A DNA stretch of 63,286 bases, filler included, from Choristocarpus tenellus KU-1152 (lineage: Eukaryota > Protista > Phaeophyceae), in NCBI GenBank assembly GCA_964200185.2. It is 11 parts of 11 records of this genome, joined end to end, with 100 filler letters (N's around TTAATTAATTAA, not from the genome) between each part and the next. Parts side by side here need not be neighbours in the genome. Positions count along the whole stretch, not along the records: positions 58,796 to 63,286 come from CAXNAD020014320.1; 10 more parts are not named here. One strand, given 5' to 3'. A program made the position numbers and the translations under genes. The notes under the pieces are model-generated. The model had not been told where the DNA came from, did not search any database, and worked only from the letters and a program-made list of their open reading frames with translations. Positions 63,114-63,286 of the stretch are shown in pieces; the first letter of the stretch is position 1, and every line of letters starts with the position of its first letter.

Positions 63114-63286
63114 CTGTTTTATCCCCCCCCTCCACACACCCATCCAAACCATCAACAGCAAAACAAGCAGAATTACCAAGGATAGCGTAGGGAGGTGGGG
63201 GGGGGGGGGGGTCAAGGGTTCCTATTGAAATGCATAGAAATGTATACAGCATATGGGATTCGAGAAGCAGGGCAGTAGCAGACTGT

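Overview
Eukaryotic, intron-rich draft-genome sequence, not one locus. Ten identical 100-bp spacers (N44-TTAATTAATTAA-N44) join 11 unrelated contig pieces, and four 10-N gaps lie inside pieces. Spliceosomal introns, TTAGGG tracts, and the gene and TE families suggest a photosynthetic stramenopile near the brown algae (inference). Host genes are mostly partial: an ankyrin-repeat protein head-to-head with an RGS-like protein, a WHIM3/MBD9-like plus RanBP2 zinc-finger protein, a complete two-exon FBXO31-like F-box gene, a PDI thioredoxin exon, a bZIP/DOG1-like factor, and a coiled-coil protein. Mobile DNA includes two related MITE families with 4-bp TSDs, a stem-loop/(TAA)n retroposon tail, CRE-like and RTE-like LINE fragments, and Ty3/gypsy relics. 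The most unusual feature is at about 37.2-44.6 kb: two diverged tandem units, each built around a kilobase-scale imperfect palindrome (2.7 kb in copy A). The units share a conserved terminal loop containing a minus-strand ATG and show compensatory changes between copies. One arm runs into a degenerate spliced reading frame resembling CRN/RHS-type P-loop NTPases. All alignments and counts were done by eye.
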